DNA from: the human T2T-CHM13v2.0 reference genome, Homo sapiens
DNA length: 64,000 bases
Assembly: GCF_009914755.1 (NCBI RefSeq)
Contig: NC_060929.1
Reading direction: 5' to 3' (one strand)
Under the pieces are notes generated by a model. That model was not told where the DNA came from and made no database searches. It worked only from the letters and a program-made list of their open reading frames with translations. Below, piece by piece: positions 1 to 15,412 of this stretch. The stretch's first letter is position 1. Each line of letters opens with the position of its first letter. The translations under genes and the position numbers were made by a program.

Positions 1-1664
1 ACTAGAGCGTAATACATGAGTTTAAATATCCGGGTTTGATTCTCAGTCCTGTTTTCATTTTCCACACTGGCTAAAATGGAACTAATGAAGAAGGCAGAAT
101 GTTAGGTTGAAAAAAAAAAAAAAAAAAAGATCTTGTAGGAGAGCAAAGAAAACCTAGGTTCTCCCAAGGAGCCAGGACCACTGTCACTCAGGTGAATTCC
201 ATAAATGCATGTAAAAGCAGGGAGGAGTAAAGAGATGGCTATCTAAGCCTCTGTTTGCTCTCCTGTCTCTGGAGGTATTCCCTCTCACCACTTCATTCCA
301 CAGAGCTTCGAGAGGCTGGAGACTGCACACTGCCAGGACAGAAATTTAACAGAAGCTGGTGGACGCCTCCCTATACCTGAGGGTGCTCTCTAGGTCACAT
401 GGCCTTTCTTCCGTATTGATAAGATTTGTACCCCATCCAGGTCAGTAGCAGCTCTCTGGGGTGGAAACAATGAGGAAAGTTATGCTGAAAGGAGAGCTGG
501 CTTTTAGGATATGCAGCCATATCAACTGGAATGCTACTGGGTACAATGATTCCTAAAGGAATTACTTTCAACTCTGCAATACTTAATCTGAAATAAATGG
601 CAGGGAGTTGACTTTATTTTTTAATTAAAATTGCAGCTTTTAATTCAACTGAAATTGTGCTGGAAGCCTTAAATAAGCACCAGATATTATTATAATTGAC
701 TGACGTACAACCCCAGGTTCTGAAAAATACAAATTTGGATAATTCAGAATAAAATATTATAGGTTTACTTTTAAAGAAGGCATGTCTTGATGAAATATTC
801 AGTCCTTCACAGATGAAAAGGAAACTCACAGCCTCTCAGCAGCAGGACATGCAGGGCAAGCTTTTATTCTAGTCCTGAGAGTTATTCATGCAAGGAGCCA
901 CACAGAGAATTTCCCTTTGATCAATAGGATGGATTTGTAAGATGTCTGACTGAGGTTGGGTTGTGGCCAAGAGACAGAACTCTTCTGTGCAAAACACTTG
1001 TAAATGCAGGGACTGAATATATGGCTTGACTTGGAAATATAAAATGAGGATAAATGTTTTCTAAGGTATGAATTTACATTTTATTTACGACTCTGCTTTC
1101 ATGCTAAATTAAATCAGTAATTAGAGCTTCACATCCTCACACAGCTACATATACAGAAAAAAATTCCTGGCCCACCTTCCATGGAATCTCAGGACAAAAG
1201 TCTGGAAGATTTGGGTTTTTTTTTAATGGAGAAGGGAATGCCATAAGGCATGTGTACGGCAAAAGCAAACCATTTAAACATGTCTCGGGTTGTGCAATGG
1301 GATTTAGCATCATTGCAATTAAATAATATATTCTGTGAATTTGCCCAAAACCATCCTCCACACTGTCTTGCATACTCGCCAGCACACAAAGTGAAGGGAC
1401 TCTCCACTGCGACAATGATGTCGTCTCTATCTTTAGCCATTACTTTATTCAGTAGTCCAACAAATACATTTTAAACACAACTGTGGGCCAGGTATCAGGA
1501 TAGATAGGTAGGTAGGGGTAGAGAAGAGAGAAATAGAAGGCACAATCCTTGCTTTTTGGATTTTAGAGTCATGTCTTGTTTTTTATAAGGGTTTTGCTTT
1601 TTTTCTGAATATGAAAATAAAAAATGATCCTTGTAGGAAAATTGAATATTATTTTCTAATATTA

Positions 1665-1880
1665 ATCCTGCACTAAATGTGCTAAGTACTCTGTACACAC
1701 GATCTTATTTAATCCTTATAATAACCCTATAAAGAAGATAATAGTACTATCCACACTTTACAGATGAATGCTACTATCCCCATTTTACAGATGAAAAAAC
1801 TGAGACTCAGTAAAAATATGAGACTCAGGATGTAGAACATGATCTGATTTCAGAATCTAAGTTCTTAAACATTTAGCTTT
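1665..1880 (-). mobile_element. MIR SINE with internal tandem duplication
   Basis: Reverse-complement MIR core 'tactatccccattttacagatgaaaaaactgagactcag'; the 24-bp core is present twice (1745-1768, 1772-1795). Confidence 0.8.
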
Positions 1881-2689
1881 ATGACAGTTATCTCCAAAAT
1901 GGGGCATTCTTTCTAGGAGGGGTATAAAATAATCCCTAGGATACAGGGGGAAATGTTAGAAAATCTCTGTAGATTTATACTTATATTTAATATATGGATT
2001 GACAGTGACAATCACACTAGGTGCATATTTCAGCTGATGATAGCTAAGAAAAAAAATGTGGGATGGGGTCCTCAGGAAAGAATGTAAGTTGGAAGTTGTA
2101 CAAAGCAGAGCTGTTAGTCAACTTCCCAGTTAGATGATTTTCAGTGCATTGACACTTTTGTATGCTCCTGTTGAGTTATGAATGAATGATTTCGTTGTAA
2201 CCAAATTAACCCCTCAAAATAGACAAATAGTTAAAAATATTTGTGAATACACCTTAGATTAAAGATAACATTCATCACTCAAGCACATGTGAATAACCAA
2301 AAATGGCAGAGCTGACACTTCTACAACTAAAAAAAGCTCTTTATCAAGAGAAAATACAACTACCGTATTGAATTTGACATTCAGTTGCACTGTTCTCACC
2401 AAAATGGTTTTAATAATAATTTTATTGAAAGCAAAAATGTTTTCTGTATTATTAATAAATAAAATTTTTATTTATTTTAAATTATTACTTCATCTTTACC
2501 TTATCTTTTAATTTATTATGCATGTGCTTTATAGTATGCATATTATATTACTGCATGTAATTTATGAGTGAATAAATACATATAGAGGGTGTATACTCAA
2601 AATTTTATGTAAAGTAGAAAATTTCAAAGGAGGAAAATAAGTCAATTCTTAAAATACTGGGATAAATATGTTTGTAGATATATCCATCT

Positions 2690-2960
2690 GAGCAAATTGT
2701 TTATTTCTGTAGATACTACTACTAAGCAGAGAGGTAATTGCGTTAAAGGGCATGAACATTTTGAAACTTAAGGAATGCAACCAAGTTGCTCTGCAGAAAG
2801 CATTGTACTGATTTGCACTTCCCAGGTGAAATAGGAAAAACCCTTTTTTTATTGTCACCTTGTTCAATTTGAGTATTATCAATTTTTATAATCATGAATT
2901 TTATAGGATAAAATGACCATTTTCTTTCAAGATTCATTTTCTTGGGTATGATTTAATAAT
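2690..2960 (-). mobile_element. Old L1 (L1M-type) fragment
   Basis: 'gtaattgcgttaaagggcatgaacattttg...ccaagttgctctgcagaaagcattgtactgatttgcacttccc' resembles the antisense L1 ORF2 3' end; highly diverged. Confidence 0.5.
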
Positions 2961-3484
2961 CCCCATCAATTCCAATTACTGTTGAACATTTTCACCTCTC
3001 ATAGCTTGATACAGGGTGTTTTAACCAGTGCATTTGGGCATTGGCTGGGAGGGTATTTATTTTTTCAAACTAGACGTGAGTGTGATCCAAGAAAAAATTA
3101 TGAGAGAGAAACCAAAAACTATCTTTTTCCTTTTTGTGATTGAGCATATAAATTTCTCAAAACACAGGGGGGAAATGAGTATTAAACCGTGTTAAAATAT
3201 AATTATAGTAGATACGCATGCAAAAGAATGAAGTTGGTTGGGCCCCTTCCTTCCACCACACACAAAAATTAACTCAAAATGGATCATAGATCTAAACGTA
3301 AGAGCTAAAACTATAAAACTCTTAGAAGACAACCTAGAAGTAAACCTTTGTGACCTTGCATTAGGCAAAGCCTTTTCAGATGGGACATCAAAAGTACGAG
3401 TGACAAAAGAAAGCCTAGGTAATTGGACTTCATTGAAACTAAAAACTTTTGTGCTTCAAAGAACACCACTAAGAAAGTGCAAAA

Positions 3485-3933
<449 letters not shown>

Positions 3934-3987
3934 AAGAAAGTGAAAACCAACCCACAAAAGGGGAGAAAATATTTGCAAGTCATATAG

Positions 3988-4127
3988 CTTTTTTTTCCTT
4001 TAGATATTACAGAGATGGGGTCTTGCTATGTTGCCTAGGGTGGTCTCAAACTCCTGGCCTCAAGTAATCCTCCCAACTTGGCCTCTCAAAGCAATAGTAT
4101 TAGAGGTGGGAGTCACTGTGCCCAACC
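3988..4127 (-). mobile_element. Alu monomer (FLAM-like)
   Basis: 'agagatggggtcttgctatgttgcctagggtggtctcaaactcctggcctcaag'; near-TSD tgcaagtcata / tgcaaatcatg. Confidence 0.85.
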
Positions 4128-7119
4128 TGCAAATCATGTATCTGATAACAGAAACTTGTGTCTGGGATGTATGATCCATCCCTATAACTCAATAATAAAA
4201 AGACAAATAAATCAATTCAAAAATGGGCAAATAATCTGAATTAAACATTTCTCCAAGGAAGATAAACAAATAACAAATAAGCATATGAAAAAATGCTCAA
4301 CATCATTAGTCATTAGGGGAACGCAAATCAAAACCACATTGCAATACCACTTCATACCCACTAGGATGGCTATAATAAAAAAAATCAGATAAAAACAAGG
4401 ATTGGCGAGGAGGTAGAGAAATTGAAATGCTTATATGTAATATAAATATGAATGTAAAATCATATAGTCACTTTGTAAAGAATCTGGCAGCTTCACAAAA
4501 TGTTAAATATAAAGTTGTCATATAACCTGGCAATCCACTTCTAGGTATATACCCAAGCGAACAGAAAACTTATAACCACACAAAAATTTGTACATGAATA
4601 TTCGTATCATCATTATTCATAATAGCCAAAAAGTGGAAACAATCCAAATCTCCCTCAACAGATGAATGGATAAATGAACCATAGTATATCCATATAATAA
4701 AATATTGTTTGTTAATAAAAATGAATGAGGTATTGACACATGCTACAACATGGATGAAACTTTAAAACTTTACATTAAGTGAAAGAAGCTGGTCACAAAA
4801 GACCACATATTGTATGATTCCATTCATACGAAATGTCCTGAATAAGCAAATCCACAGACACAGAAAATAAATTAGTGTTTGCCTAAGATTGGGGTATAGC
4901 GGTGGGGGAGGGTGGGATAGGAAGAGTGACTGCTAGTGGAGATGGGGTTTCTTTTTTGGTAAAGAAAATGTTCTAAAATTGATCATGGTGATGGATGTAA
5001 AACTCTGAATATACTGAAAACTCTGGAATTATACACTTTAAATTGGTGAATTGTAGAGTATGTGAATTATATTTCAATAAAGCTATTAAAATATATTGCA
5101 ATAAGATTAAGAATGTCTGTGTTGTAGACATTGTCTGCTTTGTATTCTACTGTTGTTAATACTTGATTTTTTGTTTGAGAAAAGTATGTGCTATACTTAG
5201 AAGCATCTTTTTGATTTATGATGTTCTGCCCCTGCCAATTATAAAGTGCTGTTATTAATAAAAATTAATTACATTGCCTACTTTGAGTAGCTGCCATTAG
5301 ACAGTGCTTGAGATTGAATGGGACTTAATCCTTTCGCTGTGTGAAACATAACTTTCTGAGCAGAGGTAAGCTTTTTCTTACTCAGAGTAGGGAGGCATAG
5401 ACATATTCAATTTTAGTAAAATAATCTTACAGACTATCTGCGGGGACCTTTTTGATGTGAAATTAAATTGTGGCACAGACAGAGATTTTATTACATTTAC
5501 ATGGACCCATAAAATAACTTTTATGGTTCCCAGTGGTGCAAATCCTCCTTAATTTTGTTAATTATTTTCCCCCAGTTATCCTTAGCCATGTCTGCTAATT
5601 CAGTATTGATCTTGATACTAAGATATGTTATGGTCTTAGAAATTCACTTGAGTCCCTGCTGAATGAAAAGAACTAGGGAAGCAGATCTTACCCAAGGTAA
5701 TGTTTTGGATAGATTCCAATTAATATTATAGCTGAGGATAACAATGTCCTTCCACCCAATGTTCAGACTTGCTGTTCAGAGCTAGGCTCATAACCCTGAA
5801 CAGGGTGTTAGAGTGTGTCACAGAGAAATCTGAGAAGGAGGTGACTTTTGGTTTAAGTTCTATATTTTGTTATGCCCATTGCTCTCGTGTTACAGACACC
5901 CTATCACCACCACTGCAAGGTCTTCAGCCTGCACCTGGAAAATGATCTGCTATTCTGACTGTTTCTACTCTTTTCTCTATTACTCCTTCCCAGTTAACCT
6001 ATTCACACTTTAATTGCAATTTTCTGAAGAAAATTTCTTAAGTCAGTTGTTCTTAACTGCAATATTCGGCAAGTAATTTTTTACTATTGATAGTTCTATT
6101 ACTGATGTTTTTAAATGATTTGCTTTTCAAAAAAATAAACGAGAACACGCTCAAGGTTATCCTTTCATTCTCAGTTACCTTTGGATATGCTTTTGAGTGA
6201 AGGTGCAGTTACCAGTACACACTGGGAATTGGATATAATCCTCAGTCCAGAGCGAGTGACTATTGCTAATGGACTTTGCTAATTGGTTCATTTTACTTCA
6301 CCAAGCATCTGTTGAATGCCTACTATGTACAAAGCATTAATCTGAAATTAGTTGCTTTTTCAAACTAAAACTTCTATGTACCTTCAATTTCTGGGTCATC
6401 CAATTAATTTCAGCATGTTAAAGGACTTTCTGTTTTATGATACATAATTATATAACGTAGGCCTCTTGTGAATCTTAATTCTTTCATTAACTTACCTCAT
6501 TTAACTTATTAGGTACCCATTTATAGCTTTGTAAAATGCACTGTACTTAAAAGTAATAACTGCAGCACTTTGAAATCTTTTAGAATTCATTCTTTTCATT
6601 AAAATCAAACTAATTGCCTCTTCCTCTTGTCTATTATTTTGAAATATTGAGGTTGTGCTACTTAGGTTCTTTTGTCTTATTTCTTTTTATGTTGTATTAC
6701 CAGTTCCCAAAGGGCATCCAGTGGTGTAACTTGGAACACACGCTCAATTCACAGTCGCAGACACTGGTTGATGGTGGTAGCAATTAACCTGCTTTACATT
6801 CCCTCCTGTCCCTCCAATTATGAGAATAATTAAGTGGTGTATGTGTGACAAAGAGAGACAGATAGAAGGATGGGATGGAGATGTGGTACTCTGACAGAAG
6901 CAAGACGTAGGGTAATTTTTGGAGTCAGCAAAATTGCCTATACTCCCCACTAGGTTCACTCTTTTCCCCCAAGTGATACCCTCTGGTGCCTCACTGCAGT
7001 CACCTGTAGCTCCCTTCCTTTATCCTCCTATTAAATTGCTCTCTAATCCTACATTTATATAAAATTATATGAATTAACACTTTTTAAGTTAATTTACATA
7101 TTTATGTTGAATAGGTAAT

Positions 7120-7650
7120 TATTTTTTATCTCTTGCTGCTTAGTAAACCACTCCAAAACTTACTGATTTAAAACAACAATGTATTTTTTTTTACAGTTCT
7201 GCAATCTGAGACAGGCTCACCGGGATGATTCTTCTGCTCCATGTGTTGGCTGCTGGGGCTGAAATGTCTGAGATGGCTTCTTTACTTGCCTATTGGGTGC
7301 CTCAACAGGGATGGCTAGAACAGCTTGGGGCTGGCTGGGCATCTCTCCCTCCATGCGGCTTTTCTACGTGGCTAGATTGGCTTCTTCATAGCATAGTGCT
7401 CTTAGGGCAATTGAACTTCTTACCTGAAGGTTGAGGTTAGCTGGCTTCTAATGGAAGCGGCGGCAGAAGCAGAAGCTGCCATTTCTCCCAAAGGCTAGGG
7501 GTGGACCTACCTCATGGACACTTCCCCACCAATGTGTGTCACAAAATCAGCCCAGATTCAAAAGCAGGAGAAAGAGACTCCATCTGTTGATATGAAGATT
7601 GGCATACATTTATGGGGGGAAAAGGAACTGGGAACAGCTACCTTGCATAT
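7120..7650 (-). mobile_element. MLT1-family (ERVL-MaLR) solo LTR
   Basis: 'ttgctgcttagtaaaccactccaaaacttactgatttaaaacaacaa' and 'gtcacaaaatcagcccagattcaa' are characteristic MLT1 motifs. Confidence 0.75.
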
Positions 7651-8130
7651 GGAAAAAAATTCAAACAGTGCAAAAGGATACACAGTATAAAATAAGTCTC
7701 TTTGGCAACTCTGTCCCCAAGACACTCCAGTATAACAACTGTTACGCTTTCTGCGTATTTTCCCAGAGATATTCAATATATAAACAAACATATGCTTTAT
7801 ATATATGCTTTTAAATATATTTCTTACATTGATAGTGTGTATAATATAGTTTTATTCCAAGGTTGCCTGCTCTATAGTGTCCATGCTTTGCTTTTCTCAT
7901 TTAATCATACAGAGGGAGGTAGTTCTATTCTTTGTAATGGCTACATATTTTCCTTTGGTAGATATTTAGCCATTTCTGATCTCTTGTTAATATAATACCA
8001 ATACTGCTTCGATGAATATCACTATGTGTATTTTAAAAATGTAACTTTGCCAGTAAGAAAAATTCCTGTAAGAAGAATTGCTGAGTCAAATAATATATGC
8101 ATGTACGATGTTATTAGGTCAATAAAGGTA
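7650..8130 (-). mobile_element. Old L1ME-type 3' fragment
   Basis: AT-rich; 'aattcctgtaagaagaattgctgagtcaaa' resembles antisense L1 3' end. Confidence 0.5.
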
Positions 8131-10086
8131 CCATGGGGAGGGACATCTAAATCAGTCATTCTTCACTGGGGAGGGAGAAAGCTTTGCCTACCACGCATGC
8201 TCCCTCCTCGCCTCTAGTCCCACTGCCAGCAGGTGTGATAAAACTGCTTCACTAATTGAGAACCACTCCTCTAGACCAACTACCTCATTCAGCAGAGAAG
8301 GCTCCTGCAGGTCTGAGAGCCTGACTCACCCTTCAGTGCCTCATCACACTGTGAATTGGTCTTCTCTCGACCAATAAGCACATAAGCAGTCACTGCAGGA
8401 TCACCTTGATGTAGACAAAGTTTGTCCAAAGGGTGCCTTGTGATCACTAAACCTGAAAGAGCCTCCATGATCCAAAAAACAGAAAAAGATTCTGTCATCA
8501 AGCACGCCTGGGAACACTGCACCCTATATCAGTAAGTCACAATCAACAATGGCAAATGAGGACTCTGAGGAGCCCTGCCCCTAAGAAAACTGCTTAACAT
8601 TGTTTAAATAAAAGAATGGATTTAAACGTCTGCTTCCTAACCTTATTGGACCATATCACCCCTTTTTGTAACACTTGTTTTGCTAACTACCTGTGGAAAT
8701 AAGCTTTCTGGGAAACATTCTTTGTGGTGTAGAAGAAAAGTTACTGAACTGGGAAACTGGCTCCACTCCCAACCAGCTATGCAGTCACAAACAGTCAAAA
8801 ATCACTCTGAGCCCCGGGCAGTGTAATTGTCTGGTGGTGGTGGTGGTTTGGTCCTTTTAACCTAGAGGAGCTTCCCCTTGCATTTCCCTTACTGAAGACA
8901 ACACAGGATGTTATGCCTGACAGGGAACATTGAAGTTCGATCTGCGTATTTGTTCCTTTGAATTCCTTCTAGTCTGTTCTTTAGCTATGTGTATGCTAGT
9001 GCAAGTGGATATGACAAGTCCAGTAGGGCTTTTAGCTCAAGTCTTCTTGTTCCTGCTGCTCACCACCCTGACCACTCCCTCCCAAAGCTTCCCCACCTTC
9101 AGAAAAGAAAAAAAACCTGGAGTTCAGCAGAAATCAGGCTGACCTCAGGCATGCACACAGCAGACGATGAATATATCTAACTCTCTGTCTTTGCCACTTC
9201 TTTTCTGGACAGGCCATAAACAAATTTTGTGCTCAGGGAAAAATGATCTGGTATTCTTATATCAAATTCATATAACCTTTGCAAATGAGAACAGATCTTC
9301 AAACCAGGTGTAGTGTGATTTGTTTTGACTCTTTACTGCCTCCAACTGAGATGTTTTACATATACTAATCTAAAGACAATGAATCCTGAGCTGATTTCAT
9401 GAGTGTAAGTTATTCCAGCCCTGAAATGAAGGGGCCTGCTGTGTGTCAGAACACACAGATGCATAGGCAACCAAGAGCTATTGAGCTAAATATCTTTTTT
9501 TATTAATCAGGGCTTCAGAGGTAAAATCTCCTTCTCAGGGACATCAAGGTGATTTGTGACACTCTCCGTACACCTTTATATTCACAAACCAATGAGTACA
9601 TCACACCAATCTCTCGTTTTCTCATCAGTGGCAGACATAAAACACAGGTAATCTTCATGCTACTCAGATGTTTCAATTAACTGTGAAAACCCTTTGGCTT
9701 ATATTATATAACATTTGTGAGTACTTCATTTCCTTTCAGCTTAAGCATCAACTAGAACACACACTTAAAATCTTGTTACATTTCTTTTAGAAATTGATGC
9801 AATTAAATGGTAGAGCTGCCTATACTAAAGACAAAAAGAATGAACTCTGAGGACACCTGAGATCTTTCTTTTTGTGGTCCTCTTAGGTGTCCGATTCATG
9901 GTTTAGAAAGGCGGGGTCTGTTTTTATATTCACCAAGAACACAGGGGCCTGAAAGTGGGAAATCCAAACACATGTGTTTACCAAGAATTCACCTCTTTGC
10001 ACACATTGTATGCAGCAAGTACCTATGTTAGTGAATTTTTCTAAGTCAACCCTGGAGATATTTACAATCTTTTAAGTAAGAATCCT

Positions 10087-10412
<326 letters not shown>

Positions 10413-10615
10413 TCAAATTTAACTGCTCTAGTGGACAATTTGAGAACTCATGAGCTGCAGGTTGTTTGGTTTCTTGAGCTTTGCAAATGTGATGAATCTT
10501 GACAGCTTTAAAGTATTTTCTTCAGTTTCACATTGCCTCTGGAACTCATGGAATCTCATAGAAATATAGAACTCATAGTAACATAGACATTCAGTTAAAT
10601 ATTTTAATTTTGTCA

Positions 10616-11009
<394 letters not shown>

Positions 11010-11609
11010 TCACCTAGTTAAATTGGTTAAACAATTTCCAGCATCACACAGATATAAATTTAAGAGAATTGTATTATGGTATAAAACATTACATCAATTT
11101 AAAAATATCTCTTAGAAATTTGCATATGACCAGAGTTTAATAATTACAATTTTATGGATGGTTTACAAATATAGCATCCCAAATAGTAGGTGGTAAATAA
11201 TGGTTCAGAGTCTTTCCAACTCCTGTAGCTCTTCTAAAATCAACTGTGATGGAGCAGTGAGAGGTGCCGCCTCCCTTTGCTGTCATTATGAAGATGTAAT
11301 TCTGTTACAGTTATTTAATCCCAAAGGCATTATTACACCTGTTCAGCAGTTTTCAACCACTCACTAAAATGATGTACAACTCCACTGTGATAAATCTCAG
11401 AGTGATTTTTTATTAAAGTTTCTTTAAAAGTATTATGGCTGGAGGCTGACAAATTTAAATAAATGTTTGGAGAAACTACATAATTATATAAGAAATGTGT
11501 TGTTTCCAGATTTGCTCTTTCATTTGCCCGAACTGTGCATAACCTTAAGACATGATTAAAGAATTTTTTTTTGAATCACTTTAATCATACAGATCAAAGG
11601 ATAATGGAT

Positions 11610-11950
11610 TCATAGAATGTAGCACTGGAAGGGACCTTAGAGAACATCTAGTTCAGTGGCTCTTAACATTTGGCATGAATTTTGAGAATCACCTGCAAGG
11701 CTTGTTAAAATGGATTGCTGGATTTCACTCCCAAAGGTTCTGATTCTGCGGTCTGGGTAGGGGCCTAAGGATTTGCATTTCTCACAAATTCCCAGGTGAT
11801 GTCGATGCTGCTGATCCAGTGACCCCACTGAGAGAACCACTGAGCCAATGCATTTTACAAACAAGGAGGCCAGAGCCTACCAGAGAGGTGAAGCAACTTG
11901 TCCAGGGCAAGAAAGGAAGATGGGGCCTGGAACCTGCACTCAAACTCTCC
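11610..11950 (-). mobile_element. MIR3/MIR interrupted by MER5A
   Basis: 'tcatagaatgtagcactggaagggaccttagagaacatctagt' before and 'cattttacaaacaaggaggcc...gtgaagcaacttgtccaggg' after the MER5A. Confidence 0.7.
11654..11842. mobile_element. MER5A hAT-Charlie DNA transposon (MITE)
   Basis: Terminal inverted repeats cagtggctcttaa ... gagaaccactg; internal 'gatttgcatttctcacaaattcccaggtgatgtcgatgctgctg'; 189 bp. Confidence 0.85.
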
Positions 11951-12254
11951 CGAGATTGGGCTTGTTTTGGAGAAACACACCTAACCACATGTGCGTGGTT
12001 GGGGCATGGAGAAGACAGTGTCTAACAGACATGGCAACAAGCAAAGCATGACAGTGTGGTAACCGCAGACATCTTGGGGGGTCCCCCATGAAGGAATGGG
12101 GTATCAGAACACAGTGCACCGCAAAGGAGCTAGAAACTTGATGTCAGATACTGTTTGAAGTTGCAAGAAAGTAGATGATGACCATCAAGAATGTTTGTTA
12201 GAAGTAACTACTTGGATGTTCGAGAGCATCTCAAAGAGAAAGCTTACTCTCTTT

Positions 12255-13100
12255 ACCCCAACAAACCTGCCCTTCTTCATTCCAGGAAATGACACTGCAT
12301 CTACCTAGGGGCTCAAGACCAACACCTAGAAGTCATCTTGTTTCCTCTTTTCTCCTCATCTCCCACATTTACTCCAACTGCAATCCTGTCATTTATCTCC
12401 AAAATATATCCTAAATCCATCACAATTACCTCCCATATCAAGCCACCAAAGTATCCGTAATAGTTTACTAACTTCCTGATTCCACTCTTGTCCCTCTATA
12501 ATTCATTCTCCCCCAAAAGGGATCCTTTAAAACAAATTCAATCACATAATTCCCATGTTAAAATCCTCCAATTGCTTTCTATTGCATTTAGAATAATACC
12601 CAGATCCCTCACCATGGTCTACATGACCCTATAGGATCTGGCCTCTGCCTTACCTCTCTGACCTCAACCCCTGTTGCTTCCTGTCCTGATCATTAACTCC
12701 AGTCATAATGTTCTTTCTGTTCTGAGAACTTACCAAGAACATTCCTATATGAGGGCCTTTGCACCAACTATTCCTGCTGCTTGGAATTCTTCCTCATCTT
12801 CACTTGGCTGACATGTTAGCTATGTCACCCAGTCAAAGATCCCTTCTTGACAACCCAATCTGATGTAGCCCATTTCTATCTCTTTCTGTTAAAATCTATT
12901 CGTTTGATTTTCTTTTGGGCCCTAATCAATATTTGAAATTATTCTTTTTGTTAGTTTACTTTGTTATTGCGTATTCTCTTCTACCAAATATAAGCATCAT
13001 GAGGTCAATACAAGCTTTATTTGCCTGGTCCATTGTCATAATTCTAATGCTAGAACAGTGTCTGGCAGACAGTAGGTACTCAATACAATTTCTTGAATGA
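12255..13100 (+). mobile_element. L2 (L2a-like) 3' portion
   Basis: Ends in the L2 terminus 'ctagaacagtgtctggcagacagtaggtactcaatacaatttcttgaatga'. Confidence 0.8.
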
Positions 13101-13407
13101 GCAACAGGTCTTTAGCCACAGGGGCAGGACTTCCTCCCTGGAAATTACACTGGCAAAAAGAAGGCAAAACCTAGACTCAATGAACAAGAGGGAAATCTAT
13201 TCACTAGACCTGAAGGATTGAGGGAGGTGTGGAACCTAGGACTAAGAAACTCTGTTAGCAAACTTGGGACTTGGATTCAAAAGTGGACTAGCAGCAAGGA
13301 GAACTTGGTACTGAGGCAAGAAGGCCAATTTGCCCAAAGCCAATTCACTGAAAGCCAGATTTACTTACTTGTATCTTTCAACTATTTTAGATTGGCATGA
13401 GTATAAC

Positions 13408-13681
13408 TTTTTTTTTTTTTTTTAAATAGAGTCTTGTTCTGTCGCCCAAGCTGGAATACAGTGGTGCGTTCTCTGCTCACTGCAAACTCCACCTCCTGGG
13501 CTCAAGCGATTCTCCTGCGTCAGCCTCCTGAGTAGCTGGGATTACAGGCACCAGGCTAATTTTTGTATTTTTTTAGTAGAGACACGGTTTCACCATTTTG
13601 GCCAGGCTGGTCTTGAACTCCTGACCTCAGGTGATCCGCCCAAAGTGCTTGGATTATAGGCATAAGCCACTGCACCTGGCC
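13408..13681 (-). mobile_element. AluS with small internal deletions
   Basis: Antisense Alu with T-tail; TSD tataactt on both sides. Confidence 0.9.
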
Positions 13682-15247
13682 TTATAACTTCTTATTGACA
13701 TTTGAAGGAGTTAAATTGTCTCTGTCTACTTGTTGCTACTGAAGATGGAGATGGAGAGAAAATGGAAGGAAAAATACAGGAGTATAAAGAGAATTTATTT
13801 AAAAACACGTTTATTAAACATAAAGATTCTTATGAATATATTATTCATTTATTATTAATCTATTCATAAGAAAATTTCAAACTCAGAATATATTCAAAAA
13901 CATATTTTTCATAAATGTATTTCTCAGAAAAACACATTATAAGAAAAATAGATTTATGAGAAAAATATGTTCATTGTTGGCGATGCCATCCTGATTTTCT
14001 TCTTTCCTTTGTCAGTTGTTTTGCCTCAGCCAGATAGTTGTTTCCTGTTTTCGGTAGGGGCTCTCTGTTCCTAAGTCTTCCAATATTCCTCTAGAATATA
14101 TTGCTATATTAATATCTTACAATTCTTTCAATTCTTAAACTGCTTAATCAAGATTCTCATGGTCCTTGTAAATAAAAGCACTATTTTGTTCATAGGTCAT
14201 TCAAGACCCAGCAAAGTCAGGAACTTGATGCAAACCACTGAGCCAAATATTCTGGCTTGAGATTTGGGTTCTTGGAGAAGCAAATACAGAACATGGGGTT
14301 CTCACTTTATTGCCATTTTTAGGATGCTATTGAAGAGTGTTTCTGGGATAGAGGTGCAGTTGGCAGCATAACTCCTCAAACAGTCTGACTGGATGCACTG
14401 ATGCCATGTTTAGAGCCAACTGCCATTCAAGCTGCTATTGCCCACAGAGTGGGACAAAGTTCCTCTGCACTGAGAACTGTGGAAAGGCATTTGGCATGGA
14501 GGTGAGGACTGAGCCCGAAAGAAGTGAGCATCAAAAGTCAGAACTAATCCCATACAGTACAAACGTGTTCTCAGTACTAATGACAGTTTATATGCTCTCT
14601 ACTCTGCGGCTATAATGAGATATTAATTCATAGTTAATGTCCCATAATTAAAAGTCCACTTTGGTTACACACACAACAGACTGTCTGCAAATACATCTGC
14701 TCAGGCATTTTAAAAAGGACTATTTAGAGTTCTGCTCAGTTCTCACAAAGGAAATTAAAGCATTTCCTTCAGTAATCCTAAATGTTTGTATGTTCCTCGA
14801 TGTAGATTTGTGTGATTTGGGGTCTCCATCTGAAATAGATAGCTTGACTTGATTGATTGGGTTAGTTTCGGTTTTATAGGGCTTTTCAGCTTCTCTTGTT
14901 GGGCATTTCAATATCTGTGACCAATTTGCCAGAGGTGGGAAAGGAGAAAAAAAATGAAACCTAACATTTCCTCTTGGCCTGCCATTAAAAATGTTGATAA
15001 AAATTTACCAATTCTCATGCCATCCATTGTGCAAAACATGGTGCAAATGTGTGCACTGGTGATTATCAGATAAAGAGAGAAATTTGATTTCACAGACATA
15101 AATTGTGCCTTCACCGGACTTTTTGTAGGGATTTGAGAAGTGACTTGATCTGCCCTCAGCTGCTTTTTTAATTGGTGATGGGGGAAGAAAAACTCTTGAT
15201 GGTGTGTCTCAGAGTGAACAAGGACTAAAGGGGCCTGTCTCTAATGA

Positions 15248-15412
15248 AGGGATTTTTTAACCTGGGTTCCACAGGTCTCTTGGGTGGTGTCTGTGAACTC
15301 TTCAAAATTGCAACATTTCCCATCAATGTGAATATATGCATTTTTTGGAGGACCAGTTCTGTAACTTTCATCGGATCCTCAAAGAAATCCATGACCACTG
15401 AAGGCTAAGCCC
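15248..15412. mobile_element. Old hAT-Charlie-type DNA transposon fragment
   Basis: 'ttcatcggatcctcaaagaaatccatgaccactgaaggctaag' resembles Charlie/MER termini. Confidence 0.4.

Noticed and set aside
1145-1474. Nearly open frame (MESQDKSLEDLGFFLMEKGMP*GMCTAK...) after a possible acceptor
   Set aside because: In-frame TAA at 1244 and no protein I recognise; insufficient to call an exon or pseudogene.
5330-5372. + strand donor GAG|GTAAGC suggesting an exon (similarly CAG|GTGGGT at 20929)
   Set aside because: Isolated donor matches are frequent by chance, and no paired acceptor or reading frame could be supported.
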